Assembly: GCA_964036045.1 (NCBI GenBank)
Contig: OZ038379.1
Span: 21,266,001-21,330,000, forward strand
Direction of reading: 5' to 3'
DNA: 64,000 bases
Origin: Eutreptiella sp. 'Long Island Sound 2002'
Taxonomy: Eukaryota > Protista > Euglenida
A model generated the notes under the pieces. That model saw only the letters and a program-made list of their open reading frames with translations. It was not told the DNA's origin and made no database searches. Each line of letters opens with the position of its first letter. Within the stretch, counting starts at the first letter, position 1. Positions 1 to 13,680 of the stretch are shown one piece after another. A program made the position numbers and the translations under genes.

Positions 1-1296
1 AACTCTTTGCCCCCCCCCCCCCCACGGAGAGTTCTGAGGGGGTCTGACGGGGGTTACACAGGGGAAGAGGGGGGCCTGAGGGGTGACACAAGGGGAAAAG
101 CCCCCGCTTCCCCCCCAAAAAAAAGTTTCAGACAGGGAAGCAGGTGCCTGAGGGGGGTCACCCAGGGGAAGTGGGACTCTCAGGCGGGGGGATGGGGCGC
201 CGTCAGACATGGTCCCGCTAAAGATCTCCCACTGTAGTATCCGGCCAAAAAGTGGGACCAGCACCCCACAGCTATGACTCCGGGCACTGCTGTCTCGTAG
301 TGCCTCAACCTTGGTCTGCAAGTTTGGGTGTTTAGCCACTAAACTGCACTATGCCAAAATTTGTCAGATTTGCATAAAAATCGGACCTTCACACAGGAGG
401 GCTCACCAAGTGTTTGCCAGGTGTCGTTTCTGCCTCCAACAAACACCCGTTGCCTTTGCCAATGAGAAAAATGGGAAGGGACAGAAACGGGCCAAAACCA
501 GGTGCTCATTGACAAACAAAACATACATGTTGCCGTTCTTGCATGCCAGTCACTTGGTGCCCATGTGAATGTCGGAACGAGACGGGTTGAGCAGTGTTTC
601 ACCAAGTTCAAAAGCCCCTTCCCAGCGCTACGTTGCCTCCACGCAGCAGGTTTGCAGTGGTTTGCAGAGGTTGGTATTTGGCGGCCAAAATGCTCCATGG
701 CAACCCCAGTCCTCAGCACAATTTCGAAATGGGTTGGTGGAGGATGGGCGCTATACAAGTATGCCCCAGCACCGAGCCCCCAATCCAAAATGTGCCATGA
801 TGGGATAATTCGGTGCATGGGTGTCATCCATGTCAGTTGCCAGCAGTCATAGATGAAGCTTTGTGCTCAACCTGCGCATGTGTTCGCTGGAAATTTTCTT
901 CACCTGTATGACCCATCCCCCATGCCCCGTTTAATCCTTGTGGCTGGCAAGCGCTCTTGCAGCCCTCTCCCTTGCTGGACCTAGTGCAGCTAGTGGCTTT
1001 TGTTGCAGGTTACGACCTTTCACCGCCTTATTGGTTCAGTCTGACACTGCATTGCATGGTTTGAGGTTTCACCCGGTCTGGAACTGGAGACTGCAATAAC
1101 CCCCAGGTCCGGGTGGCATTCCTTTCCTGTCTGAACCTAACTGTGACCTGATGTTTTTTGAGTTGTGACGTATGGATTGTGCATACGCACGAGAGCGTCT
1201 TTAGGTAGACTTCAACGAAGGGCGGAGTACGGAGTTCAAGCCCCCGTACACCAGTGCACCAAGAGGGAGGAAAGGCTCGGCTTTCTTCGGCACACG

Positions 1297-1333
1297 CAGG
1301 GGGCAGGGGGCAGGGGGCAGGGGGCAGGGGGCA
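1297..1333 (+). repeat. (CAGGGGG)5 heptamer tandem repeat, G-quadruplex-capable
   Basis: Five perfect CAGGGGG units read directly from the sequence. Confidence 0.9.
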
Positions 1334-1548
1334 AATGCACGCACCATTGTTGGAGGGGCTTGAGTGCTGTTTTTTTTTTTGTGGATGTTGTCTTTTCCTG
1401 TATCTCGTGCAGTGAGCTGCACTATGACGTTGGGCATCCCCAACCTGCTGCAGCCTCTTGCACAGAGCTTCCTGATCCTGCCGCACTTGGTGATACATCT
1501 CCAATGCGCCCCGTGCGAGAACCCCTTATGATTTCGTGAAATAGTTTC

Positions 1549-1690
1549 ATGACTCGTCATGTCGCATTACATCGCGTCATGTCACGTCAGTCACGTCACA
1601 TCACGTCACATCACGTCACACCACGTCTCATCACGTCACATCACATCATGTCACACCACGTCACACGACGTCACGTTGTATCACGTCACG
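1549..1690. repeat. Degenerate pentamer array (TCACG/TCACA/TCATG)n
   Basis: About 140 bp of 5-bp periodic sequence, e.g. tcacgtcacatcacgtcacatcacgtcaca. Confidence 0.85.
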
Positions 1691-4600
1691 GTTTCTGCAC
1701 ATCAGCGGGGCCTATGATTTGTCATGTCACCTCAGGCAGGACAAAGGCATGCCCTGATCTGTAGTCAAGCACATGCCGCGACAAACTCGAGTGCGCATTG
1801 GGTGCATGGCGCGGCTGTCTGGTCTGGGGACTGTAGAGCGCACGCTACAAAAACCATTCACTTTCTTTGACGCTACACATAATGTTCTGAATTCGGGGGA
1901 CGAAGTATAACAAAACAACCGTGCGTGACGGCAGGGGCCAGAAGTCAGGATCCTCAACCCCAAACGGGGGCATGAGGATCTACTGCGATGGGGCCTGACC
2001 CCCCCTCCCCCCCGGGGGGGGCGTGCATAAACATGGCCTTATTGAAGCACGGGATCCCTGTCTGACCAGAGCGGTCCCTGACTTGGGCCGTGCTTGTGCG
2101 GGGGGGGGGGGGGGGTCTCAGCTTGCACAGAAGGCGGGGGGTCCCACAGCCTGTGCGACCTTACGTTGCTGGTGTGACAGGGCCTCAGCCTCCGGTTGCC
2201 TGATGTAACAGCTGTCTAGACAGCTGACGATCCCCAAACCTCACTTAGGCGCTGGTGGGAGGGAGATACCGCCGTGCCTGTGAGTGTTGTCTGTGTGCGT
2301 ACGTGGGGTGGTTGGGGGGGGGGAATGCTAAGGGGCCTACCAGGTCTCACCTCGGGGAGGTGCCCGGCCCGGCGTCTGTCTTCCCAGTGCCAAGAGGCAT
2401 GACACCCACAATTAAAAGTCACCTGTGAGTTGTGGGTATGCGCACGCCTGGAAAGAGGGGGCGTGGCAGGTGGCTATCCTGTACCTTACCCTGCCTTGTG
2501 CTTGTCACACAAGCCATGCAGTATCTGCACTCTTGACCGATTGATTCATAACCCGCTCCGTTCTCAAACACTAACCCTTTGGCCAGGCGAAGCATTGGTG
2601 CCCTGGACCAAGATAGTGCTATTGTGCAGCTGCTGCACCACTACATTTGCCTCTGACTTTGCCTCTACCCCTATTTGCCTGCAACCAATGCATCATTATT
2701 ACCCCTGTGCCCCCCCACCCCAACTGGCCAGCCAGGTAGATGTCTCGCCTTGTGGGTTGGTGGTCCCAGATTGTTAATTCAGGGATCCTCGTATTTCTGT
2801 GGCACAGAAATTCACGGAAAATCACAGAACACCATGGAAACGAGGGATTATTATAATCATGGATAACCACGGAAAATCATGGAGCGCCCCGGAAACACAG
2901 AAATGACTAGTTGGTGCTGTGGGATGTTGATTTGTGCTGTTGGTGCCGTCCTTTGTTGTCATTTGCACAGTTTATGCAGTAGATCTTTTTTGAATTTTCC
3001 ATCTCTGGGCGCCATGAGCGACAGTGATGTGGGAAATGAGCCAAATTTGGACAGCGGTCTAGTGAACCTGATGTAGAACCTGATGCTAAAAGGTGGTTTT
3101 CTGTAATTTTCCATGATTTCTATGGTAGCCAAAAAGAATCCCTCTGTTTGGTGTACAAAAAAAAAAGTAACAAGCAAACAAAAATGCAAAGTAACAACAC
3201 AACAGCCAAATATGATTGCCACAAATCATCATTGTTTGCAATCCCCCCCCCCCCCTGTGCCTAGGAACCGCCTTGCGCAAGAACCGCCCCCAGGTTCCGC
3301 GGTCGAATTCTCGCACCACTTTTTTTTACCACGGTATTGGGTTTTTCATGGTTCTGGTGGATGCAGGACAGCTATTCAGGTGTGCAGGACAACATTTCAT
3401 GTGTGTTGCCACAGGCCCCCCCAGCAGGGGGGGCCCTATTAGTCAGTCACAGGCGCACATACCCCTTAAACCCCTCCCCCCTGCTCTCGACCCCTTCCCC
3501 GAAGCAACCAGCCCCTGACAAGGAAGCAAACAAAAGTCAATTAAACACGTCCGAATCAGTTGAACATTAGATCATTCCATGCACGTTGGAAAGCACACAA
3601 CAGCCCAGTCAGCTGAGATTCACTCCTTTGGTGTTCATTTGTCAATGTGGTTAACTGTGGGAAAGGAGAGGGTGCACATGCCCTGGCGCCTCTGGGAAAT
3701 AATAGCAAGCATCCAAAAGCCTCCATGAAATAACAACAACTACCCGGAATCCTTCATGAATGAGTGGCGACCATCAAAAAGCCTGTAGCAAGAAAGTTGT
3801 TGTGCGGGCATTTAAGGTTTTGTGGGGTTCTAGGGGCTTTTTGGGAGGTTATTTCTTGGTTTGCCAGTGTTTGTCTCCTAATAGTTGCAACGGTGTGCAC
3901 ATGGTGTGTATGTGGTGCAACAACAACCTCTATGCCATATCGGAGACCCGTGCTTTGTGGTATTGGGGCCATCATTGTTGTTTGACAGTATTTCGGAGGT
4001 TATTCTGAATTGGAGATGGGCATGGTGTAATTTTCACCCTCTCTTTTTCTGCTCCTTTTCCACCCGTCTTCATCCCTGTAGAGGAATTGCTGTTGTTGTA
4101 GATATATTCACCTTTTGTCTCTCATTTTAGAGTGGCAAGGAGCCTGCGAGCTTTGGCATCCAAAGTTGAGACAACTCAACGTGCACTGAGCATGGCTCCC
4201 GCTTGCTAGTGGTCTTGTGCGGCCAGCATCTAAGGCCAGTTAAAAACTGTTGACAAAGAAAAACAGGGCAAAGGCCAGTAAAGCCGAGGGAAAACGGGGG
4301 GAAACAGGGAAATATCTATGTGTGTCATATTTGCTTGAGTTGAATGTTGATTTATTGCTGGCCACGTGTTACTATTTGCCACTTGTTTTTTTTACAGTTC
4401 ATGTCAAACGCTCAGCAACATGAAAATGTTTGGCATGTCAAGGTCAATAATCTCACAAACTAGATCAGCGGGGTGGTACTGCTGCAGCACAAGGCAACCA
4501 ACGGGACTTCAAAATCACCAAGTGATATTGGGATTAACGTCGGTCAGATTGGTAGCAGAGTAGGGAAATTATCTGGTTCAAAATGTGTCGGCTGCTAAGG

Positions 4601-5408
4601 GCACGACCGCACAAGAATTTGCACATGAATCCCTTGCAGCCGACCTACCCTCTGAGGTGAGCCGCCCACACAGTTTCCTAGCACCACCACTCAGCTCGAC
4701 GTTGTTTTGATGGTCAGGACTGCAACGATATGTTTGTCATGCGGGTGAAGATTACAACAAAATTCTGCTGAGACTACAACCAAAATTCTGTTTCATATGA
4801 TTTGCAGCGCATGTGGCTGCGATGGGGCCCAACCGCCTGCTAAGAGCCGCTTGCACGTGGGTCGTGCGCTGTCCGAACATGGGATATCTCTGACTCTGGT
4901 TTCGCTGATTTCTGAACAGGGGGGCTACCCTCCCCAGGCTTACAGTGTGGGGGGGATGGATACTTACCCCCCCCCCCCCCCACCCACCCTCGCCCTCCTT
5001 GGGGCGATGATCAGCCTGCCAACCGCTTCTGTTCGCCCCCAAGGACCCTCGATCCGGTTTGTAGCCGCCAGAATTGCCTCACAGCCGCCTTTGCAACCCC
5101 TGGTGGCCGCTTTTGGGACCACTCTTGAACACTCCTATTGCCCCCCAAGTGCATGCTCGACCCTCCTGTTCTCCCTGGTGGCCAACGCCGGACTCTGCTG
5201 TCCAAGCACTGGAGGGATTCATGTAGAAAGGTGCTGTGAACAAGTCGCTGCGATGCTGTCTCTTACCCGACTGGTGCCCTGCCCACCCTCGGGGTGTGCT
5301 AGACCCTTCTGTCGAGGGGGCAGGGGACTGGTGGAATCAGGGTTTGACGGCAATCGTACCCCTCCCCGGGGGGAGGGGGCTGAACGCCCGCGTCCCACCT
5401 CCTCAGCT

Positions 5409-8400
5409 ATGACTTATTTCTCTGAGTATGTGTACGAGGGGGCCAACGGCTTTGGGCTGACGACCTTTGCATGGCTCGGGCTGGGCCTCCTATGCGCTGG
5501 GCTAGTCCTATGGGCCGTAGTGAGACACTCTGCAGACGAACGCCGCCAAAGCTGCCCTGAACTTTCTGGTGTCCTGTGCAACGACAGCAAGGCCCACGAC
5601 GTCTGCAGCAAACCCGTGAACTGCCCTGCCCCCCGCGACGACGAAGAGGAGGTGGTCACGCAGGTATGCGAGTGTGTGTGTGGGGGGGGGGGTGTCCTCT
5701 CCATTTTTGGTCTTGTGTGTTTGCGGCATTTCATATCCTCGACGTTTGTTTGCAGCTCCTCGAGACACAGCGTACTCTGCTCCGAGACACAGCCCTCTGG
5801 AGGGTGCAGAATGATCCGGGTTTGTTTAGGATGCAGCCATCGCAGCCAGATGGAACACTTAGTGCCGGGGGAGTTGGCCTGCACCGTACACATGTGGATC
5901 AGAGAGGAAAGTGAGGGGGTGGGTGCGGTGCGTGGTTTGTGGGGTCGTCCGCGCGGAAATGTTTTCAGCGCATGTACCAGTCCGTACAGTAGTCATACTG
6001 GAACCGTCGTACTGTACGCAGGTGAAACGGAGGGGTCACCACATCTGGCGCGCGGGCCCACGAGAGGAGGGCCAGGGACACAGTGCGCTTGTACTGGGGG
6101 GCGGGGGTAGACCCCCTCCCCAAACAAGAACGCGCGGCACCATCAGAACACGCAAGTTCTCTTTACTTCCAGGCGCTTTGAGCTCAATGGCCATGACCAG
6201 TGGCCCTGAAAAGCCCAAAAATGACAGTTTTGTTGTCCAAATCAACGGCGGTGGGAATCTCCGGGAGAGGCAGCATAAGAACACGCACATGTCCTTGTTT
6301 TTTTGGGGCGGGGGTTTGGTCACGGGGCGGACGGGTGCGGAGGGGGTCTCACCCCGGACGGCTCCCGGTCCCGAGCGAAAAGGCAGCGTCTCGAGGATGT
6401 CAGGCGCGGTCAGCCTGGACAGTCTTTTGGGGGGAGATGTTAGCGAGTGACGAGGGGCCCAAGTGAGGGCCATACCTCCTGCACAGATGTCCCTGACACA
6501 CACAGACGGGGGGGGGGGGGTTCGGTGGAATTCATTCCGGCACATTCCGTTGGGCACTCCGGACATGCGTGACACTTCGGGTGGGCGCCCGCGGCGCACT
6601 ACCTGCGCATCTTGACGATGTGCCCCACAAGTACTGTTGAGGGTGGTGAGGGTCTGGTGCACGCGTGGACGGCCATCATCGTGCTGGTGGCCAGGGTACG
6701 CCCCAGTGCCAAATCAATGCGGTGTGCCCGAGACACGACCGTGTCCCGCACGCGCGGCGCGTGTCTCATCCGCGCGTTTCGAGTACGGTCCGCATCCTCC
6801 AGTGCCCTCCGGAGCTTCGTCTGCAGCCGCCGGAGGTCCATCCGTGACTTCCGTAACCCCCCCATCCCCCACCCCCCCGCGGCAGTTGAATGAACGGGGG
6901 CATTCAGTCCATCAGAACCGACCCATGCTCTTTCAACGGAATGAATGGGTACGTCAGCAGCAACTGCCGAAAGCAGGCCCCTTCACTGCACAGTGCTTCG
7001 GTGTCGCTGGTGCTTCGGAGCAGGACTGAACGAGTGTATGGCCAACTGAATGAGCAAACGCAACCCGATGCCCCTCGCTGTTGACCGTGGCCCTCGTGTC
7101 GTGCATGTCCCATGCGTCACGCGGCGTGGGAGCGCAGCGCAGGACCTTCACTACCGCCCCCCCCCACTCGACGTACCGTGTCCACAGGTGCACCTCGGGG
7201 ACGCCACCAAAGACGTGGGGATGTCCGATCTCTTCATGGATTCGGTATTCTTCGCCAACTTCAACCTGCAGCATTTTGCTGCCATGGCCCGAGGGGAGGA
7301 CAGCGGCCCCAAGAAGGTGCTGACGACCTACAAGGGCCACGTGTACGAGCTCTTGGACGTTCTGCCACGGAACAAACTCGAAGGGTTCACATGGGTGGGC
7401 CAGTACGTGGTGCTGCATTTGGGGCAGTACGGGGAGGACTTGGAGCCGTTGTGTGCGGTGTTTCAGAGGCGGAAGGGCAGCGCGCGTCCGCCAAGCGCTC
7501 AAGAACCGGAGGCGCCGCAGGTTTGTGGAAGCGGCGAACGCTTCCGGGCCGGCGGAATGGGCGCTGGGGATGCATCCGAGGCGCATGGGCCCCGCAGACG
7601 CACAGGCACGTCGGCACGAAGCCACACAAGCGCACGGGTAGAACAGCGGAAAGGCGCACGGACAGAGGTATGCGGACACAGGCGGCCAGGCCAGGGGGTC
7701 GGGGGGGCGCACTTCGCGACGGGTCTAGTTCGTTGTGGAAAACTTCGCATTTGACTGTTTGGTGCGAAATTTCGTGCACATTTTTCAAATACTGTCGCAC
7801 ACGCGTTGTGAGTCGGTTACTTGTGGTGTGGTGTGCTGTACAAATTGCTGATGTGAGTCGCATGCACTTCCACTTCTCAAGCAAGACCTGTCACCGTCCG
7901 CGAACCCGTGCAAGTCCATGTGTGAGGAAAACGTGGATGCGTGGGTCGATGAAGTCCCCCTGCTCTCTATGCCGATTTCTCGCAGAGGAGGTCTCGGGGG
8001 TGGATGCGAACTGGCCCCGGCACATTTGGGATGTGAAATAAACCTGGTGCGCCCCCCCCCCCCCCCCGAAGTTCAGACACACAGAGGGCATGTAGCCCCC
8101 CCCCCCCCCCCCCCCCCCCCGCCGCCCCGTCCCAGTTTCACGTACCAAAAATACGGTCCCCAGTGGCTTGGGACAAGCCACAATTTCCTCCTGAAAACTC
8201 AAACCGATGCGTACACAGGGAAGTACCAACCGACACACTCACTCGGCCTTTATGGCAGCCCCCCCTGGTTACAGACACACAAGGCAGGCAGCCCCCTTTC
8301 TTGCATGACATTGCACGCCATTCAATGCTTTGCTTGCGGCGTTTCGATTTGCCACTCCGATGTTTGCCATCGAGACTCAAAAATGGAAGCCAAACCCGTT

Positions 8401-11400
8401 CACATTCTCCCATGCCATTCCAAAGGGGCAGGTTTTTCATAGGGGCAGGTCGCTGTGGGTCAACACCGCTCCCTGGGGATGTCGGGCGTTCGTTTGTGCG
8501 GGAGAGAGGCGGTTGTGCCTTGAATGACTACGCCACCCACACCCCCAGAGGACGCGGACCGGGATCCCCCCCACCCCCTTCACCCAGGACCAGCAACCAC
8601 GTGGGGCGGGCTTACCGGTACCGGACCCCTTCCCCTCTCAAGACCCGTCACGTGGTTTGCCTGTGCTACGACGTTTGCCACCTGCAAGGGCGACACACCC
8701 TCAACCCATGACCTCATTGAAGCCAACCAATATCAACAAGCCATCTACCTGCAAAACTCTACACATTGTCGCCCAATCTCCACAGCTCCCCACAAGCCTC
8801 CACAGCTTCGCAAGCGTCATGAAGCATGTGCGACCCTCCACATCCCTGAATAAATGCGAACAAAATCACTGTCAACCGCAAAGGGAGCAGCGAACTGTGG
8901 CCGTCGTTGTTTGCAAGTGGGGACACGGTGGTGACGCGCAGTCCCCACACACTCTGCATGCTGGCATCACCATGTCGTCTCGGGGCAGCTGCAATAGCCG
9001 CCACCGAGTTATCTCACGGGATTCAAAAGGAGGATTGCTTTTCTTTTGCGCTTTTCTTTGCTTTCAGAGCGGGTTTGAGAAACCCGAATACTTTTTCTTC
9101 ACCGTGATCTCATGGCTGAGACTGTGGGAATATTCTACATGTTTGCTTCCAATGGAAATACAGGCAGAAGTTTTAACGAATGCTGACAGGCCTGCAGTTC
9201 ATAATTCAACTAGTTCCCATTTTTTCTCATGACAAAGTCTTTGGTGTCTAGGTCCTCACCACGGTTTCTGCCAAACACGGCTATGTCTGTGGAAATCCTC
9301 GCACATGTGTAGCTGTGACACAAATTGGCAACGCTCTTTTTTGCTTTTTTTTGGTGCCGCATCAAAAAGTACGGACCGGGAGCCTCCGCTTCCGGTTTCG
9401 TATGATTACCCCTGCCCCAGTCCCCAGTTTTCGGTTTTCGTTCTGTTTGTCTTCGTTTCGAGCAGTTGAGAACCTCACACTGAATTTTTTTTCAAAAAAA
9501 TTCGGTTCACGAAGGTCCCACTGTCAGTGGGTCCCTGTGCCCAGTGGTCTGTTGATTTCAGCTGCTGCAGTCGACCTGCACTGGCGCGTGCCCCCATATC
9601 CCAAACAGCCAAACACCCAAACCAGGGAATTCAACAGCTCGTCTGTGTTTGGGGCGAGAACGCATTCTGGGATTCAACGCAGAAAGAAGGTATGGCCTCA
9701 AAAAGTGGCAATAGCCCAGGCCCGCTGCAGGCCATTGGTTTGGGGGGCGGGGGTCCGGTCGGTGTGCCTGAGCCCCCCCCACCCCTCAAAAGTGTGTGTT
9801 CCTGAAATCAGCCTCAAGTTTCCAGCCCTTTTCATGAATTCATTTTCCCCTGCCCATAAGTTTTCTGATGTGGGCGGGTGGGTCCGCCGGAATGGCCAGG
9901 CTCCCCATTTCGCGCCCCCATGACTCCTGCGGGGTGGACAAGCAATCCTCTGCCCCGCTGTCTTCGTCCTGCGCCTGGACCTCGTTTCGTTTCTTAGGAG
10001 GGCAATCCGTCCGAAATGGAGGAATGGCTCCGGAAACTGGATGTCTGTGACAAGTACGGGCTGCCTACGCCATGCCTGCCCCATCAGGTGGAGTCCTTGG
10101 TGGCGGCCAAGAGTGTTTACCGCTTCACGTACGACCCCCAGACCCCGGTGCTGGACGCAGAATTCGACCACTTCGTCGAGGATGTCAAGGTACGTCGGTG
10201 CCTTTGTTATCGTGTGCTGGTGGCCCGCCCATCCCCGAAGCTTGGCCTGCCTTTTGTTGCGCCGACCCCGCGCCGATACGCAAATGGCCCCCGCACCCTC
10301 CGCGCACCCCCGTGGCTCCCTGATATCGAGGGCCAAATCCTTCTGCCGTTTGGTTCACAGAATATTGTTTTGCGGGGATGCAGCAGCACGGGCTCATCGT
10401 CACTCTGAGGTGGCGTGGCCATGCCCCGCTTGCAGCCCACGAGGCCGCCTGGCGTCCTGCTGCACGTCCCACGGACACATGCGGTGCACCACGGCGCAAT
10501 GTGTCAGCATCGTGTGCTGCACGGCTCGATCCCCTGACAGCCCGGCAATATCACACCCACTCTGTTGCCCGGCCCGGGTGTTGTCAAAGGGGTGGGGGTG
10601 TACACGAGGCGACCTTGTGCAGTGCAAGTACAGGCCTCACAAATCGCAAATGCGTGGCGTCTGTAGCGTCTAGTGTTTGTGTGCGTGCATGTGTGGACAA
10701 TGCATGGGTGGACATTCACAGCCCGTAACTACATATCAGTAAACAGTGGGAGCTTTGGGATGCTGCCGATGGCATGGCTATGAACCCCACACATGCTCTC
10801 CTCCCGGTGGATGGGTGTGGAATAGCCCCGGGCAGCGGCTCACCGCATATTTCGGATTTACGGTTTTGTGCCCAATGCCTTCGCTCTGCTCTACCACAGC
10901 TGCACCAGTTCCAACGCCTGGAAACGATCCCAGCGTTGAAGGGCCTTGCGGACAACGACGCCCGAGTGGTCGCACTGCTGAGTGCCTTGGCGATCGGTAA
11001 AACGGTCCTGAAGCAGAGCGTGGGCGGCACAGGAACACAATACTTCATGCAGGACAAAGATATGGGGCGGCTGGAGGTTCAGCTGCTGCTGCCCCTCTTC
11101 CTGCAGGTATAAGCGTCAGGGTCAGGATCAGGCCTTTGCTTGTGCCCCCCCCCCCCCCCCTCCAAGGGCCAAGTTCAACAACATCGCTGCGGGGAGGCTG
11201 TGGTTGAGTATTCCCCAAGGTTTGTTTGGCCCAACCATCTTTGGACACCTTGTGGAACGGCGGCAAGCCAACTGAATGGGTGAGCCCGCGAGAGCAAGAA
11301 ACATCTCACACGCTCCGGTGCGTCCCCACCTGTGATGACCCCCACCCACCAGCCGGACGGCACCCATGCCATGCGAGGGAATGAACACACAATACACACA

Positions 11401-13005
11401 CTCCGGACAAGTGGGGGGTGGGGGGGACATGATGCGCTCGCCACAAGGAGGACTGAGCGTGGGAACGCGCAGGCAGAAGGTTGTTATGTGCCCCTGCTGG
11501 GGAAGTGGCCCCGCAAGTGGACATCCTGGGGACCAAAAGCCGCCGTCGGGGAGGGATCCCCCACCACCTGAATGGGGTGTCCACTTGGATGCACCTGACC
11601 AACGGCGAGGGCCGTTACAGCGCGAGGCGGCGTCTTCACGCATGGGTCCTCCTGGTTCGACCGAGGGGAAGGGAGGCGCCGGGGGCTGGGCCTCTGACTG
11701 CTGTGCTTGCATCCGCGTATCCTGTCGCCGTTGCCGGCGGGGGCCCGGGGGCCCATAACGAAAAAATAAGGAGGGATTTGGCATGACACCTCGTTGTGTT
11801 GCTGTCTGCAGCTGGCGGCACCTATTGGCCTCCCGCCACTTACCGCTGCCCTTCCCTTGAACCCTTCCCCTCCTTAGGCGGTGGTGCCTATCGGCCTCTC
11901 ACCACCGTGTGCCCTCCCTCTCCCTGCTTGGCCTATCCTCCTTACCTCTCTACTCACCCCTCCTTTCCTTTGGGAGGTTGTGCCAACGGAGCCCCCAGAC
12001 TGTCCCTGTCTAGCTGCTCCGTGTCGGGCCAACACAGAGGAGGGCAGTCCGATGCACTGTGCCTGTCCCATTTCTTGTCCTCAGGCTTCTGAGGCGAGGC
12101 CGCCGTGCATGCATGCATCGCACTCGAGGCGTTGCCGTGGCGACCACGATACCTGCGAGTACGTCGGCCGGACCATGCTGGACATGCGGAGCACGTGCTG
12201 CGTCACACCGACCCACTGAAGGTTGGAGGGCGCTGAACACGAGGCTGATTTGTGCCCTCGTGGCGTGCCGACACGGACTGGCACGCAGACACGCAAAGGC
12301 GTGCATTCCGACGGTGGGTTCTTCTCGGAAGCGACAGGATTCGTTCTGTTCTCGTTTGTGAAGTGAATGCATTTTCTGCCGGATGAAGGATGAAGGCCCA
12401 GAAAGCACAGCACAGGGCATTGGTGGGCCTGGGTGAAACGGGATGGGGATCGCTTGCTCGAGTTTGTGTTGCAACTCGTTGCAGGTGGATCTGGTGGGCT
12501 GAGGGTCCACTGGCACGTCTATGGCGGCTGCAGGCTGACCGTCGGCGGTCGGCATTGATCCGCTGTCGCGACTCACCGACGGCGGGTCCTGGTCAGCCGT
12601 CAGCGATGAAGTCGGTGATGCGATGGCTTTCCTTGTTTCTTGCAGTTTGGGCACAGAATTTTTCTTTTTGGGCCATTCGCCCTCGCTGAAAGGGAGTTGT
12701 ATCGATTTGATGGGCCCAGGCCCTGCGAGAGGAAGTTGCCTTGAGTGTTGTTCCGTCTGTCAAAGTCCCGCTGAATGCCAGCGAATTAGTCGACAGTTTT
12801 TGAGGGGTCATGTGTGATAGCCGGAGCCGCTAATTCCGCGCAGCACAGCCCAGAAATGAGTGCTTGGGTTCATGGTACACCCAACCAGCATGGTCCTGGG
12901 CACCTCCGCTTTTCCTCAAAGGAGCCCCATCAAAAGACGGCATGGACAGCCATTTCTGCCGGCCTGAACGCCATAAATGACGTGGCCGCAATGGAGCTGT
13001 CGTAA
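5409..13005 (+). CDS. Spliced gene for an uncharacterised protein with an N-terminal membrane anchor (~370 aa minimum model)
   Basis: Phase-0 GT-AG exon chain: 5409-5663 (MTYFSEYV...FAWLGLGLLCAGLVLWAVV...EEEVVTQ), 7143-7520 (DLHYRPP...KKVLTTYKGHVYELLDV...EAPQ), 9998-10189 (EGNPSEMEEWLRKL...EDVK), 10900-11106 (LHQFQRL...LPLFLQ), 12922-13005 (EPHQKTAW...MELS*). All joins are in frame. Extra exons near 10360, 11470 and 12090 are possible. I do not recognise the family. Confidence 0.65.
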
Positions 13006-13479
13006 CACTGGTCGGAAGTGCCGCAAGTTTTCGCGTGCCTCGGTTGCTGGTGTGATCAGCTGCTGGTTCACAGCGTCCGCCCGACATGCAAGAGGCACCA
13101 CAACAGCATTGATGGATGGTGGCACAAGGCACAGAGAGAAACTTTGTCTACCCCCAAAATCTACCCCAACAATCACCTGAAGCCACACTAACAATGCAAT
13201 TTTAATCGGGGGACTAGGGGATCCACAACGTGAATCACAATTGGGTGATTCTCACGCCTTAAGACTAAGATACAGATTTTGAAAGGGATTAAGTGCCCAG
13301 TTTAGACCCTTGTCTACGTCGGGAGTGCAATGTGGGGGTGGGTGGGGATAGGGTCACGGGGGACTTGCGGGGTAGTGTAGTATTAGACCTTGGCGAGTGT
13401 AACGATGGGATTGCGTGCTTTGTCCCAGTCCATCGCTGGTAAAGAATGCTGGTGGCCTCTCCCTCCTGTTTCCGCAGAC

Positions 13480-13680
13480 CTCTGTGAGCCGGACACTCTT
13501 GTGCAGGGCGTTTCCATGCCCACCCCATCGCGCCACCCCCATGTAGGCCTCTGTGACCCAGACCCTCTCGTGCAGAGTGTTCGACGCCTACCTGATTTCC
13601 CTGAGACCCAACAGCTCTCGTGCAGAGCATTCGACGCCCACACAGTTCCCATTGTGGACCTGTGAACCCAAAGGTCTCGC
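13480..13680. repeat. Degenerate minisatellite, 3-4 units of ~50-70 bp
   Basis: The core ctct(c/t)gtgcag(a/g)g..tt.. recurs near 13496, 13565 and 13615, each time preceded by a c(t/c)ctg(t/a)ga.cc motif. Confidence 0.6.

Noticed and set aside
4797-6110. 437-aa ORF as a single gene
   Set aside because: Only 5409-5663 looks coding. It is bounded by an acceptor-ATG and a GT donor, and the rest is low-complexity read-through.
7300-7400. Cytochrome b5 domain in gene 1 (KVLTTYKGHVYELL)
   Set aside because: There is no HPGG heme motif or second His; the resemblance is superficial.
12600-12700. Gag-like zinc knuckle on the minus strand (LCPNCKKQGKPSHH)
   Set aside because: The spacing is non-canonical, a stop follows, and there is no supporting retroelement context.
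13480-13680. CRISPR-like repeat-spacer array
   Set aside because: The units are degenerate, the 'spacers' are related to each other, the context is eukaryotic and there are no cas genes. It is a minisatellite.
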